64,000 bases of DNA from Azolla caroliniana (GCA_043228905.1 JBHGNT010000002.1:6820001-6884000), one strand, 5' to 3'; numbered from the stretch's first letter, positions 11,101 through 25,211 are shown. Notes: generated by a model from the sequence alone, not told the origin. Numbers and translations are program-made.

Positions 11101-14100
11101 GGAGGAGGGTGCTTTATATAGTCACCCTCTCTCTTCATTAACTACAAGACTCATGGAGCATGGGGAATGTGAAAGCTCGTAAGTTATGTGTCATAGAATA
11201 TGATTCTATGACTCATACTAAATGCTAGAATACAAAGAGGTGACATAATGGTGACTCTTGACCATTGGAGTGTGTGTCTATTCACTCTCAAGGTGAGTTC
11301 ACACACTAGAATGCGCTCTTGGATGAAGAGTCAAGGTAGAACGCGCACTCGACATCACCAGCTAGAACGCGCTCTCGGATGAAGTGATAGTGCACTTCGA
11401 TGTGCTTTGTCCGCGCGTGGAACACTGGGTTCCGAGCCAAATAGATATTGCTCATGTTGTCGCAGTAAAGGGAAGTCGGATCCTTGATGGGTACGCCTAG
11501 ATCCTTGAGTATCCTTTTGAGCCATACGGCTTCACATGCGGCCACTGCCGCGCTCCTATATTCCGCCTCTGTGCTCGAAAGAGCAACAGTTGGTTGCTTT
11601 TTGCTGCTCCAGGATATTGCTCCACTGCCGAGGGAAAAAACAAATCCGGAGGTTGATCTTCTATCGGCTTTGTAGCTGGCCCAATTGGCGTCTGTGTACC
11701 CCTCAAGTTGTATTGGCATCGCGGTCTTGTAGAGGATGCCGCAATCCATTGTGCCGCTCACGTATCGAAGAACTCGCTTAGCGCAATCCAAGTGCGTATC
11801 ACGCGGTGTTTGCATGAATTGGCTAAGGAGACCGACTGGATAACTGAGATCGGGTCGAGTGATCGTGAGGTAGATGAGACTCTCGATGAGTTGCCGATAT
11901 TGAGTCGGCTCACACACTATGGTGCCGGAGTTCGCATCGAGTTTGAGATTGCGATCGAGCGGGGTTGCCGCGGATTTGCACGCAGCCATACCGAACTTGT
12001 ATAACAAGTTGAGGATGTAGTGCCGTTGAGAGATCATGATTCCGGCTGGAGTCCAAATTACCTCGATGCCGAGGAAGTAGTGGAGCTCCTTCATGTCCGT
12101 CATCTCGAACTTGTCGGAAAGGAGGGATTTGACCTTATTGATTTCCACGAGGTGCTCACCTCCAATGACTAGGTCATCCACATATAAGATTATGACGATC
12201 GGACTTGCGGAATCACTTCGTATGTAGAGGGAGTTGTCCTATTTTGACATACGGAAGCCGATTTGATGAAGATATTGCGTTATCTTTGAATGCCAAGCAC
12301 GCGGTGCTTGCTTGAGGCCGCAGAGTGGCTTCTTGAGTTGGCATACAGCTTTCGGATGGGTGCTCGAGTTGAAGCAGGGTGGTTGTATCATGTACACCTC
12401 CTCTTCTAATTCGCCTTGTAGAAAGGCGTTCTTGACATCCATTTGATGGAGGTGCCACCCTTTCGCTGCAACAAGCGCAATTACAGTCCGTACCGTCGTC
12501 ATCTTTGCCACCAGGGCAAAGGTTTCTTCATAGTCGACGCCATGCGTCTGAGCGTATCCTTTTGCTACGAGTCGCGCTTTGTAGCGGTTGACGGATCCGT
12601 CGGCGTTGTACTTCACTTTGTAAATCCATCTGCATCCGATCGCCTTTTTGTGCAGTGAGGTGGGAACGAGATCCCACGTCTCGTTCTTGCGTAGTGCCTA
12701 CATCTCCTTGTTCATGGCTTCGATCCATCGCGGATCCTTGGCTGCTTCAGAGAATGTTTTCGGCTCGCGTACTATCACCACCTTCATCATAAAGGCATAG
12801 TGATATGCCATGTAGTCATTGTAGCCGAATCGGCTTACGGGGTTCTTTTCGCGGGTGGATCGGCGAAGCTTTTCATTTGCAGAGATGAGGGCTTTCTTAG
12901 CTCCGATTGGTACCTCGAAACCGCCGAACTCACTGTCGAGTGAGTGAGTCGACTCATCGTCGTCGAAGTGACCGTCTGCATATTCCGCCATTTTCGCCTT
13001 GCCTTTGTCCATCTGCGGGCTAGGCCGTGATGTGCTTTGATCGCTCAAAGGCTCTTGTGGTCCGCTCAGTCGGGTCGTGATCGAACTTTCTTCGAATATG
13101 TGCGTAAGGCGATCTTCATCCTCGATCTCTTGTTCGGCAAATTCCGGGTCGAGAGGAGTCGGAGTTGTCTCTGGTGAGTACCAAGATGCGGACTCGTCAA
13201 AAACGACATCCCGACTTACTCAAGATTTTCGAGTTGAGGGGTTGTAGCACTTGTACCCCTTTTGCTCTAGTGAGTATCCTACGAGGATACATTTCTCTGA
13301 CTTTGGGTCAAGCTTTTGACGCTTCTCGTCGGGGATGTGAATGTACACTATCGCGCCGAATATCCGGGTGTGCGATAAGTCCGGCTTCTTTCTGAAGTAT
13401 TTTTCGTGCGAAGTGACCTCGTGCACGCCGGATGTTGTGCATCGGTTCATTAGGTAGACGGCCGTATTTGCAGCTTCAGCCCAATATGACTTGGGCATAT
13501 GCTTCTCGGTCATCATGGCCCGCGCTACTTCGAGGATGTGCCGATTTTTGCGCTTGGCTACTCCGTTTTGTTGTGGAGTGTGTCAGCAAGTGAATTCTCG
13601 CCGAATTCCTTCCTTTTGGAGATACGCCGTGAAATCGTCCGAGAAGTACTCCTTGCCGCCATCCGATCGAAGACAGCGTACATGTCGGCCCGTGGCTTTC
13701 TCGACTTCATTCTTGAATGTTTGGAAGTGTCCGAACACTTTGCTCTTTTGCCGCATCAAGTAGATCCAAGTGTGCCTGGAGAAGTTGTCGATGAAGAGCA
13801 TGTAATATCGGCATCCGCCGAATGTAGCCGTTTGCGCAGGTCCCCATACGTCGGAATGGACTACGTCAAGTAGACCTTTGCTCACATTCCACTCTTTCGG
13901 GAATGGGTGTCAGTGTTGATTGCCGAATTGGCACGCTTCGCATACACCTTCAATCTCCTTCTCTTTGAATGTCGGGAGTTCGATGACGACTCCTTTCGAT
14001 TTCATTGCTTTAAGTTTGTTGAGATTGATGTGGCCGATTCGCTTGTGCCATAGCTCTATGTCGGAGTCGGCATTCATGCTTTTCACGAACATGGCGGATT

Positions 14101-17100
14101 TCATCTCGCGTGAATCGAGAATGAACATCCGACCCTCTCTTCTTCCGCGCACGATAATTCGGCCCTCTTTTTCAATGAAGCACCCTTCTTGGTCGAATCG
14201 TACTTGCATCCCTTGCTCAACCATTTGGCCGACCTAGACCAAATTCTTCGTGATGGTGGGAACATGCAAGACATTTTTAATGTATGTTTGCTTACCTCTT
14301 TCGCCAAACGGAACATTGCCGATGTGCCGAATCGGGTGCGTAGTATCATCTCCGGTTTCGACATAACCGGGCCGCTCCGGTTCTCAAAGTTCGAGAAACC
14401 ATTCTTTATGAGATGTCATATGGTTTGAGGCTCCGGAGTCAACAAACCATACGTCCTCCGGATTGAGGGCACTAGTTGAGGTAGAGGCCGACATAGAGTT
14501 TGCTCTATGTTTCATCATGAACATTCCGCCACGGTCGGAGTTGTGTGCGTACATTCCGCCGCGATCTTCGTAGTCGGAGTTGTGCCCGTACATTCCGCTA
14601 TACTCTTCGTAGTCGGAATTGTGCGCATAATTCGTGAGTTGTCGGCTTGTGGAAGCCGATTCACGCATCTTCTTTCGGCACTCTTCTTCGTGGTGGCCGA
14701 GCTTTCCGCAATATCCGCATTTGGTTGCGTTTTGACGGCTCAGGCTGGAGTGGAAGCTCCCCCTTCTTGTGAAGGTTCCTCGTTGGCTTCCGTTTTGCGA
14801 CCGAAATTGAGAGTTGTTATCGTAGGTCGGACCTCGTCCGCCTTGTCCTTGGCCGAATCGGCCTCTCGACCGTCCACGTCCTCTTCCTCCGTTCAAGTGC
14901 GTGTAGAGCATGTGGCCTTCCGACTCATTGCTCCTTGTACGCACGAGGTTTTCTTCGACAAATAGCATTGATTGGAGCTCGAAGGAGGAGGGAGATTTCT
15001 CCCGTGCTAGAATGGCGGTTCGCATCGTGCCGAACCGTGGTGCGAGGCCGCCAAGGCATATCTGAACCGTCTCATCATCATCGATATTTACGCTTATTGA
15101 GCCGAGCGAATCGCAAAGCTCCTTGATCTTCGAGGTGTATGTCGTGATGGACATGTCCCTTTGTTGAATGTTGTTCAACTCTTGGCAAAGTTGAAGCCTT
15201 CTTGCGGTTGTGTTCGCCGCGAAAATCTTTCGTAGATTTTCCCATGCCTCCTTCAGCGTCTTGGCTTCGCGAATGTAGCCGAGCATGTGATCGTGAACAC
15301 ATGTCGCCAAGCAATACATCACGCGGCTTGCGGCTTGCTCCCATGTCGCATATCCGGGAGCCGCTTCAGCGGGTCGGTCTTCATGCGCTCCTTTGATGTA
15401 GCTCCAATAGCCTTGTCCAACAAGGTATTGGTGCATCTTGTACTCCCAAGATGCAAAGTTGTTTCGATCCAACTTCTCGGTAGGGAGAGCACTCCCCATT
15501 TGAGTATTCATTATTTCGATTCTTCTTCTTCTTCTTCTCTCTTCGAATGCGAGCTATGTAGCGAAGTTACAATAACGATGAGCCGGTTCTTGGTCGTCAG
15601 CGTGGAGCACAACACACGATCACGATGAGGCGAATGGGCTAGATCGAGCTACCAAATCACTCTGATACCATGTAAAGAATCGGGTATGATTCTTGTGTAG
15701 CGGAATAGGCCCTTTGAATATTTCCACTCCTCGAATTTGGCCAGGCCCAGGCTAAAAGTGTCATTAATTTGTTCCTCATTTTGTTCTCCAGACACTTGAT
15801 GGGCATATTGTTGAACTTCATCTATCGTCCCCTAGGGTTAGGGTATGCATCTAGAAGAGATAATAATGTTTCCAGTTTTTACTGCTCAGGTTCTCAACCT
15901 CATTCTCTTCGGTCACCCTATCCACGATAAAGACTTTCTTGTCAGACTTCTCGTCTTTCAAGATCTTGCAAGATATACTAACCACATGTACTCCTACTTC
16001 CAATGGCACAACATAAAGTAAGGTTGTATCCACTTTTTTCGTCCTTGCTAGGCAGACAATCACGAGAGAACTAAGCAATTAATTATTGTGTCTTTTATTC
16101 TATAGAACTGCTAGGCTTATTTATTGATGAGGCCCTTGATGATGGAAACATTTCATCTCTGTGTGCGTTGTGGGAACTCCATGCTCTTGTTGAGTGTCTC
16201 GTGGTTCACTTCAGAGGACAAATACACAAACATAAAAGGTTTCAGTGGTCGTATACTGAGAGAATCCCTCTTCTTCCTTGCTGAACTCATTGTGTTCGGA
16301 GAGGTCTGTTGTATAGCAAAGGGGTTCTTCTCCCTGGCATGAGACTCTTCTTAAAGGTTGTTTATCTCTAGGAGTCTCCCACCAACACCTAGTTGGGATA
16401 GTTAAGGGGACAATATTGCTAATGGAGCTAATTTGAACATATGAAGGTGGTTTTCAGGTGCTCTGCAAAGGAACTTGTTCCAAACGTTCATTGGAGCTTT
16501 CCAATAATTTGCATTAATCTGGTTGAGGTAATCCATGTCATGTTATCCTTTAAATGTGAGAGATCACATAACCCACAGGCCTCCAGAGTCTTTTACCCTA
16601 CACTAGCTTATCTTTCAGATTTATAGGTGCTAGAATAGATGTGTGGAGGTCAGATAAACTTCATGATCTTCCATATCCATAGCCTCATCACATTCTTTAT
16701 GAATTACCTACGATTTCAAAGTACATGGAAATTGTGTAAGATTTGTTCAAATAATCCTCCTGTGAACCTATTCATTATTTTTGTGCTGGTCATCATGTCC
16801 TTGGACTCACGCCTATGGTTTTAGTTGGCTGTTGCTTAAGTGAAAATACTTGATCTATTGGGTCCATTTAGCTCCTTGGTGAGTAAAATTCTTTAAGAAA
16901 ACTTCCTTCACTTAAGATTTCTTTGGGAAGGTTACAGAACCAATGCCTCCTTGTTTGTCATGAGTCAACCCAAAAGCTGCAAACCAAGTTACTGTTGGCA
17001 TTGATTCATGTACCCTAGGCACTTACGTAAATTATTGGATGTGGTGGTGTGTATCACCTTTTCCCAAATATGAAAAGCATGATTTTGCTTATTTGAGCTA

Positions 17101-20100
17101 AATGGCCTTGATCATAAGCCCTGTATGGGATACAAAAGAGCAGGATGTTCTACCCATCATGGATAGCATAGTTCGAGCAACACTGAACTGAAAGAATGAC
17201 TAAAGTGTGATTGTTTTGTTGCAGGCAAATAGGCAACACATTTCAAGGTGGTTGTCACCCATGCAGCATTAAAAAATCAACTCGATTTTTCTTCAATGAT
17301 TTAGACAAATTTTACCACCTGCCATAAGTGGAATGGCAATCTTCTGCAAGGACACCCTGTTTGTGGCGCAATGGTATATAGTGTGTCATGATCATTGTCC
17401 CTGTGCCACAGTCTCCACACATGAGTACACACCTTGGCAAATGGCTGCAATATCTGGACTTACTCCTTGAGCCCTATGAGAGTGCTCTGGGTCTGTTCTA
17501 TATGTGTCAGTATGCATATTTGGCGAGTTCATGGATTGCTCATTTCTGCTTGATCAATGGAAATCTCATAAGGACTCATCTTTGCCTATACTTAGAGCAC
17601 TGTTAAGGCTATCCGGGTGTTAATCTCCAATACTAGATATGAACTGGGGTGTTTCTCGGCTTTGCCTCTAGTTAACTCTCACTCATGGATCCTTGCTATT
17701 AAACGGCCAATGGATCCTAAATCTGTGCAGTGTTGCTCATTTAATTGATCTTTCCTCACTGGCATAACACACATCTTGCAATGTAGCCTCCAGGCTTCTT
17801 TTTATGTTGTAAGTAGTTAACTGGAAGAAAGAATAGAAAATAAACATTACTAAGTAAATAAGATAAAAAAGACTAAAGAATCTGGTTTTCGGCACATGTA
17901 AGATTCTCAAGTTAGATATATTATAACTTTTGTCTTCAAAAGATCTCTAGCATAGGTCAATCCAGCATGGAGAGGTTTCCGAAGTTTCCCTATGTTTCGT
18001 GAGTTCTAGGAAGAAAATTCCTATGCACCGTTGGTTCTCATCTTGCATAGTGGGCCAAAGCCTTGTTTAAAGAGGCAACAGTATGTCCTCTTACTTCATA
18101 AAAGACCCTTTAGTGACAAACATATTATTCTTCGGATTCCACTCCTTGGTGACACAATTGGCAAATTCTTGCTTCTATAGGTATTCATGTATATCTTCCT
18201 ACCTCAATCTCTAACTGATGTGATGAAGTTCGCAGCTGGCCTATCACACTACGCAGCGCATAGGATAGATGTATGTCCATACAAGGTGGCCTGATGATGA
18301 ATCCATCCTCTGATGTGTGTAAATACTACCCATGATTCATCGATAGTAGAATTAGGGACAACTCATTAGAAGGGGCAGGGACAATTCATCGCAAGGAAAT
18401 ACTACTGAAAATTCATCGGTAAGCAGTTTCAGTTTCAGGTGAATCCATCCTCTGATGTGTGTAAATACTACCCATGATTCATCGATAGCAGAATTAGGGA
18501 CAATTTATCAGAAGGCACAGGGATAATTCATCGCAAGGAAATACTACCAATGATTGATCGGTAAGCAGTTTCAGGTGAATTCTGAGAAGAGAGCTACTGA
18601 TGATCTGATAATAAAAGAATCAGGAACAAGTTGCCGAAGGAAGGACCATGGATGATTTATCTCAAGGAAATACTATTGACCATAGATTCACTCATGCATG
18701 ATATTCGTGGTATTCGACATCAATAATATTCGTAATATTCGAGAATACAAAATGACCCCAAGAATAATACAAAACCATTCGTTTATTAAATTATTATTTT
18801 AAAAAACAAATATTTTTGTATCTACTATATAAAAATATTATTAGTGTGAGGTCCCCTTTTTAATGTCAAGAGAGTAAAAAGTGGGGAATTACTGAACCTT
18901 TTTTTATTAAAAATAAAACAAATACTTTTTAAGTTTTTCATCTATTATAAAACTATTATTAGTGTGAGATAAAAATAGGAAATTTTATGGGAGCCTTTTA
19001 CTTATTTTATTTATTTACATATTTTTATTTATTTTTTGTTTTATTAAAAAATAAAACAAATACATTTAAGTTTTATATCTATTATAAAAATATTATTCAT
19101 GTGAGGTCCCCTTTAAAATATCAAATTTTTTGGGAGAGTAAAAAGTGGGGAATTAATGAACCTTTTTTATATTTTTATTATTTATTAAAAATAAAACAAA
19201 TACTTTTAAGTTTTCCATCGATTATATAAAAATATTATTTAGTGTAAGTCTCCTTTTTAATGTGAAGTTAAATATCCCCTTTTTATTGTGAAAGTCTCTT
19301 TGATTTATGATATTCATATATCTAAGAAACTAAAAAGTATGAACTTTTTTTGTTTTTTTTTACAAATATCTTTTCATGCATTCTTATGCGTATTCGTATT
19401 CATTTGTTTGGTAACCCCGACGAATGCGAATATGTCAATCTATGCTACTGACAGTTTGCCGATAGATGCACTAAGGTTGATTCGTCAATAGGGGAACCAA
19501 GGATGATTTGTCAATGGGAGAACTACAGCAAGTTTGTCGCTAGATAAGTAATGACTTACATTTCAAATTCTGTAACAGCTCAAAAATGATAGGCCAGGTT
19601 AACAACTCAACAGATTAGGATTAAGGGTTTAGTTAGGATTAAGATGGAGTTTAGCAAAGAATATGAATTGATTTAGAACCAACAAATGATAAAAAACGAA
19701 TTCTAACACGAGATCTACTGATGATCTGACAATAAAAGAATCAGGAGCAATTTGTTGAAAGGAAGAACCATGGATGATATATCACAAGGGAATACTACTA
19801 ACAGTTCACTGATAGATATACTAAGGTTGATTCATCACTGGGAGAGTAACTCCTTACTAGGACATCTCATATCCCCAGGAGCTTATGAAAAGCTCCACCA
19901 GATCATTGCAGATATCCACCTAGTACCCGACAGTGCTACTACTTTCTATTGGGCAATGCAAAAGCTAATGGTACCTTCCATGTCTCTTGATTTCAAACAA
20001 AAATAGTAAAAGTATTGTCGTTCTTCATATTCCATTATCTTGTGGAGGGCCAAAGCCTTCAGCAAAGAGACAGTTGTAATTTTCCTATTTCATTAAAAAT

Positions 20101-23100
20101 AGCATGATCAGAAACATAATATTCTTTGAACTTCACCTCCAGATATGTTCCTCTGTAGCTTTCTCTGTAGCTTTCTGTGCATATATTATGGAAGGAGGCA
20201 AAGCCTTCTGCAAAGAGACAGTTGTACTCTGCCTCCATAGAATAGTGCATGATCAAAAACCTATGCTTCTTCGAACTCCACCTCCAAATGGCACAATTGG
20301 CAGATCCGTTCCTAATAGTTTTATGCCTCGATCTATAACAGATGAAAAGAGGTCCTGAGCTACCTTATGACACTGCTGAGTACACAAGATATATGTGTAT
20401 CTATATAACACAACCCGATAATAAATCTACCAGTTGATAAGTGTGCCAAGGGCCAAAGAAGATAGAAACAAGAGCACAACCAAGATAACTTCTAAGTGAA
20501 CCGTCCTCGCCCCCTATTTACAGGTGGGTATGGGCTCACCATTCCACTTCTTTCAGTAGAAGTTTCACACCTTCTCACATATATAGGTTCTATATGGCAA
20601 TGTGAAATTATCCAATCATAAACCTCCAATGGTAGCATCCACTCCTAAACGCCAACTTGATTCAAGGTATACAAATGGAGTATTCTATGCTAAATATGGT
20701 ATAAAAATATTTGAGGCAACTAAAAGACAAAATTAGTTGTATCATTCCCTTCAGGTGATGTTGGTGGGTTATCCTTGGTGCAGTCCTTCAACATCATTGG
20801 AGGGTTGGCCACAGGAAAATCATCTTTGAACACTCAACGAATGTTTCCGGAAAATGGATAAAGGACCGCAAATATAGATTCATATGAGCTAACATTATGA
20901 TTGAGTGCAAATTGCATGGCATATATAGGTCCATATGACCTTATATTATGATTGTATGCAAATCTAGAGAAGCAGAGAACACACCTGACGATCGCTTTTT
21001 AACAGTTTTTTGGCAAGAATACGTGCTCCATCATTTGCAGCAGTTCTGTGAGCTTGTACATGTAGAAGCTTCTCTTGAAGCAATAAACTGTTTAGAAAAT
21101 GTGGCCTCAACAATACCAGTGCATTACTCAAGAACTTGCACCTTTCCTCACTTTGAAATATCCATTCTGCTCCCCCTACAAGTTTTTCAAGAATATTTGA
21201 GCTTTCCATCTGCTTGAGGAGAGAGCCATAGAGGTCCTCAAGTGAGGCCATTCTTTGTTTCCATTTCATACTGTTTGAGCAGTACCTAAGATGTTGAAAC
21301 AAGGAGCATTCGGCATCTTCAGAAGAAATTACTATGCCAACCTACCATTAGCGGACAAATTCAAATCCTAAGCATGCAAAACATTATTCCATAGTTGTTT
21401 CCTACCATTGAACAGAAGGCCCATCACAAAAATCAGTAAAATGGTGGATCAATTCAAGTTGTCCATCTGTTGTCTTAAGTGAAAACAGACATTCTTGTAC
21501 ATCTTCAAACAAGACTGCTCTCTCAAGCTGCTCATCATCATCCTCTGCTTCTGGCAATATCTCTTCATCATGGGTTACCTTTACTGTTCTTCATGCATAA
21601 AGTAAGAATAACCAAGAATTAAGCAAGATTTAGCACAGAAAAGAATATGAGTGCACATTTCAGATGCTTACAATTACTGCTATGGACAGGCAACCATTGT
21701 AAAAAATCCCGTCTCTGTTCCTCTTCCGACCAGCACTTCCAAGTTTCTGGATCCTTTATCTCTAATTCTTGCTCTGCTTGAAGTGACAAACCTAGTCTCT
21801 CAAGTAGCATTGTTTCGTATTTCTCGTCTTCATGTATTTCTTGTTCCTCTGCATTTTCATCTTCCTCAACTTGACCATCCAGAAGAGAGACTGGTTCCTC
21901 TTCAAATTTCACATTTTTACTCGGAGGTTCAAACCATCCAGTCCAACCTCCTACCTCTTTTTCATCTTCCATGTCTTCATCAGGACCGTGAATAAATTGT
22001 TCTTCTTTTTGCAACCATTCTGCCCAGCCAGTTGAACCATCCTCTCCAATTCTGGGAGCTCCACTATCCCAAAAGTCCTTGAAGAGTCTCTTCTTACTCC
22101 TTTCGTTCACTTCTATGAGAGGTGCAAATAGACTGTAGTCAATTTGAGCCTGAAGCAAACCAATTGCAAACTCATGGTGACCTGTCTGCCATTCAAACAG
22201 ACACAAATCCATAAACAGTGCAACTAGATTTTTTTCTGTTTCCTCTTCGTTTGTGCCCTTGATATCCGCAGTGAATTCCTGCAGATCAGCAAACCATAGG
22301 TTGTGGAAGAGAAATCAGATATAAAAGTGGTCTCTTTTTTCTATAGTTTCCAAGTGAAAGAGGAAACTAGTGGATTCAAAACATACTTGCCTTTAAATTG
22401 TTAGCAGCTGAATATGTTTGAATAGCACGTATATACTCTTTCCGCAATGATGACTCTGTGAAGAGAGAGAACTCTCCCTTCCTGAAAATAAGGTATTCTC
22501 TCCATAATTTATAATTCCTTGGATTATGCTTCAGGCAATTTTCCCATTTAGATATCAAGGTTGATACTGGGTCTCTCTTTCTGCTTGTTTCCAGAAACAA
22601 TATCCACAAATCTTCACTGAGAGGATGAATTTCCATGGCTTTCTCCAACACTGCAATCTTCTTCTCCACAGCCTGTTGTATAGCAGCTTTCTTTGAGGCA
22701 GCCTTTATTAGCTCATCCTGTTAGCAATACTTCTACATGATTATTACTAGGTGAATCCTCCAAACTACCCCTGAATTTTCTTGAAGTTCACTAAATGTCC
22801 CTGATTTCGTGCTATTTCTCTATACGTCCTTGGTCAATCCCCCAAAGAGAGAAATAGAGGATGGATTAACCATATAATAGCACAGATAAGTTATAAGAAG
22901 GCGATCAATTAACCATATAAATGCTAAAATAACACATATAATCACACTTTTGGGGGTTGAGCAAGGGCAATTCAGGAAATAATAAGAACTTCGGGAAATT
23001 GCACATTCATTGGAAGATTAGAAGACATCTGAGGTTAGCTAGAATCAATATATTTAATTTCCAAATGAATGCTCATGCAGTTTCAAGGCATATTAAGAAT

Positions 23101-24914
23101 ATGGTCAACTTTCTAAACAATACTATGGTTTTCACCCAGTGGCAAAATATTGAAAATAAATTTTCAAACAATATCGTAGCTTTGACCTGGCAGTGAAATA
23201 TCAGCAATAATGTTTAAAACAATAATAAGAGAATACCTGGAAATTCACAAAATTAATCCACAAACTCTCATCTTGTGGACGTTCTCTTGTCAGCTGATTG
23301 AACTCTTTTGTCTTCCGAGTAACATAATCCTCCCAACTTTCTTCTCTGAGTATAGAATTGGGCTCTGCCTCCTCATTGAAGTCCTCGAGAGAAATAAAAT
23401 CACCAAAAGAATATGAACCCGATTTCGTCAATTTAGATTTGGAAAGATGTGTTCTGATTTGGACCCTCTTAAAATCTTTTCGCCGATCAAGAGATGCATG
23501 CTTTGCAGACCAGTATCTACCCTCTGTGCGAACTTTCTCATCCATATTGGCTCCATCTTCCTCCCAACGTGATCCAACATTGTTAGAGAATGGCCTTCGC
23601 CCAATGTTTTGTGTGATTCTTATTCGAGAGCGATGGAATTTTGGAACATTCATCCTGCATAGATGTTAAAACATAGAATGATAAATACCTTTCCCTTTTG
23701 GATGAGACAAGGGAATGTAGCCTAAACTGTCATATACAAGATTACCAGCTAATCTGCACAATGAGTCATATATAGTGTTGTAATCTAACCTATACAATAC
23801 AAAATTTTAGGCTAGCTTGTATGATGATTCATATACAAGAATGTATTTTAGCCTATACAATACAAGATCGGAGGCTAAGTTGTAAAATTCATATACAACA
23901 TTCTATTATAACATACTTTACACAGGATTAGAGGCTTGGAACTTAGAATGCATGATCGACAAGCTTGTTTCTACATATACAATATAGACTGCAGGTTAAC
24001 TTCTACAATGAGACTATATAATATTGTATTATAATGGATAGTACATAAGATTGTAGGCTAACATGTACAAATGTGTAGATTGTAACATAGCTTATACATC
24101 CACAATAAGTCATAATAATACCGTAATTTGTAGTCTAACCATTTCTATGCACTATTGTGACTAACTGTATAGACAAGATTATTGCCTGACATCTACAAGA
24201 ATTCATATACAATTATTATATTCTATGTTGTATACAAAAGATTGTAGTCTAACCTGTACAATGATTCATACACCAGATTGTCACGATCTCCTCGAGCATC
24301 AAACTGATACTCCTTCATTTCTATATCCACCCATCGATCTTTTCCAAACATTCTCTTGTTTCTGTCCATATCTAGACTTTCCAATTTCTTCTTTTTCTTT
24401 TCCTTTTTTCCTTGATGTCTATTGTGACTTTTCTCCTTGCTCCTCTTTCTTTTATGATCCTTGCTCTCCATGTACTCATCATAATCCTGTTTCCCCATAA
24501 ACTCAAGATCTTCATTTTCTTTCTGTTCTTCTTCTTGTTGTTGTTGTTCTTCATTTTCCTCTGGATGTGAAGGACTAAGAAGCAACAAATTTGATGACTG
24601 ACTTGCATCAGTATGTTGAATCTGAATCTCTTCAGCATACCATTGAGGAATAGGTGTAGGTTGTGGAATAAGCCTCTCTGAGAAGCTTTCATTAGAAAGC
24701 CATGCGAGCTTGTTTTCTTCTACTGTTGTTTGATTTTGAGATACAGCTACCTCCTGAAAGCATGAGGTAACATCAAAGCAAAAGCAGAGAAAGAGCAAAA
24801 TGGAAAAACAAATTAAGAGAAAGAAAGATTTGACGAACTACTTACTCTGTCAATGACAGGGAAAAGCTTGGATGATCCGACAGGGAACAGGGGAGGCAGA
24901 TTTCCTCCTTCCAT
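8199..24914 (-). CDS. NRDE2: NRDE-2 family nuclear RNAi / nuclear exosome regulator, 12 exons, 1161 aa
   Basis: Exons 24914-24846, 24753-24254, 23654-23237, 22717-22391, 22278-21672, 21583-21406, 21285-20985, 10006-9896, 9820-9451, 9199-8974, 8663-8442, 8355-8199 (3486 nt, phases consistent, no stops). Motifs: N-terminal LFP, FDARGDRDNLVYESLYR, KTKEFNQLTRERP, FWDSGAPRIGEDG, RAVLFEDV, RAIHACPWSKALWLDG, EKELRLRTD. Confidence 0.93.
8747..8947. mobile_element. MITE-like element in NRDE2 intron 10
   Basis: 13-bp inverted repeats TTTTGGATATTTA (8747-8759) / TAAATATCCAAAA (8935-8947) with internal AAAATACCCC motifs typical of Mutator-like MITEs. Confidence 0.55.
10177..10313. repeat. Near-perfect inverted repeat (59-bp arms, 19-nt loop)
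   Basis: Arms 10177-10235 and 10255-10313 are complementary with 3 mismatches; termini TGTTAC...GTAACA. Confidence 0.95.
10960..15709 (-). mobile_element. Near full-length degenerate Ty1/copia (family B) in NRDE2 intron 7, both LTRs truncated
   Basis: gag-protease ORF 14384-15511 (CGYCGKLGHHEEEC zinc knuckle, WFVDSGASNH); GAG-pre-integrase 13910-14224; integrase 13220-13885; RT/RNase H 11306-12616, all broken by stops or frameshifts. PBS at 15660-15670. LTR pieces 15671-15709 and 10960-~11309. Confidence 0.95.
15710..18300 (-). mobile_element. Highly degenerate gypsy-like gag/protease relic
   Basis: DSG-like protease remnant near 16570-16600, Cys/His-rich stretches at 17200-17450, and a gag-like segment at 18050-18180 repeated at 20040-20330. 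No intact ORF. Confidence 0.4.
18298..18580. repeat. ~142-bp tandem duplication
   Basis: TGAATCCATCCTCTGATGTGTGTAAATACTACCCATG... starts at 18298 and 18440. Confidence 0.85.
18695..19440. mobile_element. AT-rich non-autonomous DNA transposon-like element with internal tandem units
   Basis: Clustered ATTCG/CGAAT subterminal motifs at both ends; internal repeats of ATTAAAAATAAAACAAATAC...GTGAGGTCCCCTTT. Confidence 0.45.
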
Positions 24915-24952
24915 TGCTGCAAGTAATTGCTAGAGCTTATATCAAAAGCATG

Positions 24953-25211
24953 TTGTAAGCAAGACATGTAAACATACATACATACATACATACAAATTGT
25001 GGTGTTTGATGTCAATATGTACATACATAGTTAGTTTCTAGAGACAGAAGAATAAATTATTAAAAGGAGAAAGACTATGGATTGTAAGCAAGACATGTAA
25101 ACATACATACATACATACAAATTATGGTATTTGATGTCAATATGTACATACATAATTGGTTTCTAAAGACAGAAGAAGAGATTACATATTAAAAGGAGAA
25201 AGACTATGGAT
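24953..25211. repeat. ~129-bp tandem duplication with (ACAT)n just upstream of the NRDE2 start codon
   Basis: TTGTAAGCAAGACATGTAAACATAC... starts at 24953 and 25082. Confidence 0.9.

Noticed and set aside
21290-21345. Alternative acceptor near 21341 for NRDE2 exon 7
   Set aside because: Introduces an immediate in-frame TAG; the acceptor at 21286 keeps frame.
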